From: Pseudomonadota bacterium
GTDB taxonomy: Bacteria > Desulfobacterota > Desulfobulbia > Desulfobulbales > JAGXFP01
Reading direction: 5' to 3'
NCBI GenBank assembly: GCA_018823285.1
Contig: JAHJIQ010000007.1
Location: forward strand, 4,536-68,535
DNA length: 64,000 nucleotides
Below, piece after piece: positions 62,736 to 64,000 of this stretch. Under the pieces are notes generated by a model. The model was not told the DNA's origin. It saw only the letters and a list, made by a program, of their open reading frames with translations, and searched no databases. The position numbers and the translations under genes are program-made. Every line of letters begins with the position of its first letter. Within the stretch, counting starts at the first letter, position 1.

Positions 62736-64000
62736 TCAGACCTCGGCAATTTCGTGGAGCTGTGAATTCACGAGGATGGTGGTCGGCATTTTATGGAGCA
62801 GTTTCTGGTAGAAGCCGTGCCATTTTTTTTCGTCTTCCTCTTCAGGGAGTTCAAAGCCGAGGAAGATGCAATCGGCGTCGGCGGAGTATTCCCGGAAAGG
62901 AATTTCAAAAGGATTATCGCAGACGATAACCTGAGGGTAAGCCTTGACCCTGGAAAGGTTGATGATCTCGGCCAGCGCTTCAGAGGCGGGGATTCTGCCT
63001 TCTTCCTTTTCAACTACCCGGAGTATTCGGATTTCGGTGTCTTCCCATTCCCAGCTTTCGGTAATCAGGTGGGCGGCAAGAAGCATCATCCCGCCGTTTT
63101 TCTTTCCCCGCCACCAGACATCTATTCTTTTTCTTCGTTGTGGAAGCGGCAACCCTTTGACTGAAAAAAGAAAGATGTTCATTTCCAGGGCGGCAGCCAT
63201 CCTGAGCTGGCGGAGATATCCTAATAAATTGCCATATTCCGAAGACCAGCCGAATATCGCCACATTGGGATGGATAGGTCCGGTTTCCGTGGCCTGAAGG
63301 AGCATGGAGACGCCTTCTTCCACAGTGTTTGCCGTCACCACCGACGGAAAGGCCTCGATATCTTTCTCCTGGCAGAATTTTTCCAGCTGCTTCAGGACAC
63401 CCGGTCTTCTGGGAGCAAGTTTGGTAAAATCCCCCTCAAGGATGTCCGCCAGATAGACGAGCCCGCGTTTCGCTGCGATCCAGGTCGCATATTTCACCAA
63501 GGGCTCGCGCACGGTTGGATTCCCCGAAAAAACCAGCATGGTCGGCCGCCAGTTTTTGCTGTCTTCCGGCATCCGGCTTAATCGCAGGAGGTTCTTGCGA
63601 ATAGCATTATAGACAAAACCTCTTCTGGCATCGCCAAAGGCGGCAATGAGTTTTCTGGTCCTGATGTACCAGAAAAAAATTACGATAATGAGGATCGCAC
63701 CCACGGCTGCAACCCAGTTAATGAGAAGGGAAACGGCAACACAGGCAAGGGAGCCGAGCAAGGCGGTTACCCAGTGATAGAATTGAAATCGCGGCCGGAA
63801 TGAAGGGTTGTCGCCGAAATCCTCAATAAAGGCCGACAGGTTGATCATTCCGTAGGTGTATAAAAAAAACATGGTGATGATTGCGGCAATTGCATTTAAG
63901 GCGGCGCCTCCGGAGTCATTCCCGGCCCAGAAAAGAACCAGTAAGGTGATGACGTAGGTTAAGAGAAGCGCGCGTCTTGGTTCATCACCCTTCTTTGTTC
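62736..64000 (-). CDS. APC-superfamily cation:chloride cotransporter (SLC12)-like permease, 5'-truncated by the window edge
   Basis: The frame stays open upstream of the tracked Met to nt 64000 (TKKGDEPRRALLLTYVITLLVLFWAGNDSGGAALNAIAAIIT-MFFLYTYGM...). TM region followed by a large cytoplasmic C-terminal domain. Confidence 0.6.
   Translation of the reverse strand, partial: TKKGDEPRRALLLTYVITLLVLFWAGNDSGGAALNAIAAIITMFFLYTYGMINLSAFIEDFGDNPSFRPRFQFYHWVTALLGSLACVAVSLLINWVAAVGAILIIVIFFWYIRTRKLIAAFGDARRGFVYNAIRKNLLRLSRMPEDSKNWRPTMLVFSGNPTVREPLVKYATWIAAKRGLVYLADILEGDFTKLAPRRPGVLKQLEKFCQEKDIEAFPSVVTANTVEEGVSMLLQATETGPIHPNVAIFGWSSEYGNLLGYLRQLRMAAALEMNIFLFSVKGLPLPQRRKRIDVWWRGKKNGGMMLLAAHLITESWEWEDTEIRILRVVEKEEGRIPASEALAEIINLSRVKAYPQVIVCDNPFEIPFREYSADADCIFLGFELPEEEDEKKWHGFYQKLLHKMPTTILVNSQLHEIAEV

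Overview
This is a 64-kb chromosomal window that is gene-dense on both strands. I found no rRNA, CRISPR array, transposase or integrase. The gene content points to a sulfate- or sulfur-metabolising Desulfobacterota-type anaerobe; this taxon call is an inference from dsrMKJOP, HdrC/MvhD/MetV-type genes, sigma-54 regulation and selenoproteins.

Left part (1-17 kb): a 5'-truncated EF-G, a P-loop ATPase, a His6-type HisA, an HDOD protein, an MBL-fold hydrolase, RecD2, the complete dsrMKJOP operon, a fused cysteine synthase/cysteinyl-tRNA synthetase gene, and tRNA-Arg(TCT).

Middle (17-28.4 kb, minus strand): a cytochrome-bd-like membrane pair carrying a fused c-type heme domain. After it comes an eight-gene locus that pairs a CsgG-like lipoprotein and an LPP20-like lipoprotein with three secreted Asn/Ala/Val/Gly-rich tandem-repeat proteins (120, 311 and about 1031 aa). 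Their repeat core, NVAVGNxAxANQ, resembles curlin repeats. I read this as a divergent curli-like (type VIII secretion-like) fibre system.

Centre-right (28.9-40 kb): a Crp/Fnr regulator, a methyltransferase, a MetF-MetV fusion, purF, a KpsF/KdsD-type isomerase, HdrC-like/MvhD/MetV genes, a fatty-acid cis/trans isomerase-like heme lipoprotein and a DUF1059 protein.

40.1-46.7 kb (minus strand): one operon, not resolved by the ORF track, with the order sensor kinase, NtrC-type sigma-54 activator, two-CW Cys-rich kinase, TlpA-like redoxin, MerT-like membrane protein, ArsM-like methyltransferase, TVP38/DedA-like protein. The three middle genes are interrupted by four in-frame UGA codons. Three sit where homologs carry catalytic or metal-binding Cys (the fourth, in the methyltransferase N-terminal tail, forms a Cys-Sec pair without an alignable homolog position), and each is followed by a SECIS-like hairpin. 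I call them selenoproteins.

Right part (47-64 kb): sulfur (or selenium) trafficking genes, namely TusA-like, DsrE/F/H-like, YeeE/YedE plus TusA, a periplasmic rhodanese and YeiH. Three near-consensus sigma-54 promoters sit in front of them. Interleaved are a GT39/GT2/radical-SAM/FAD-oxidoreductase cluster, and the window ends in a truncated SLC12-like transporter.
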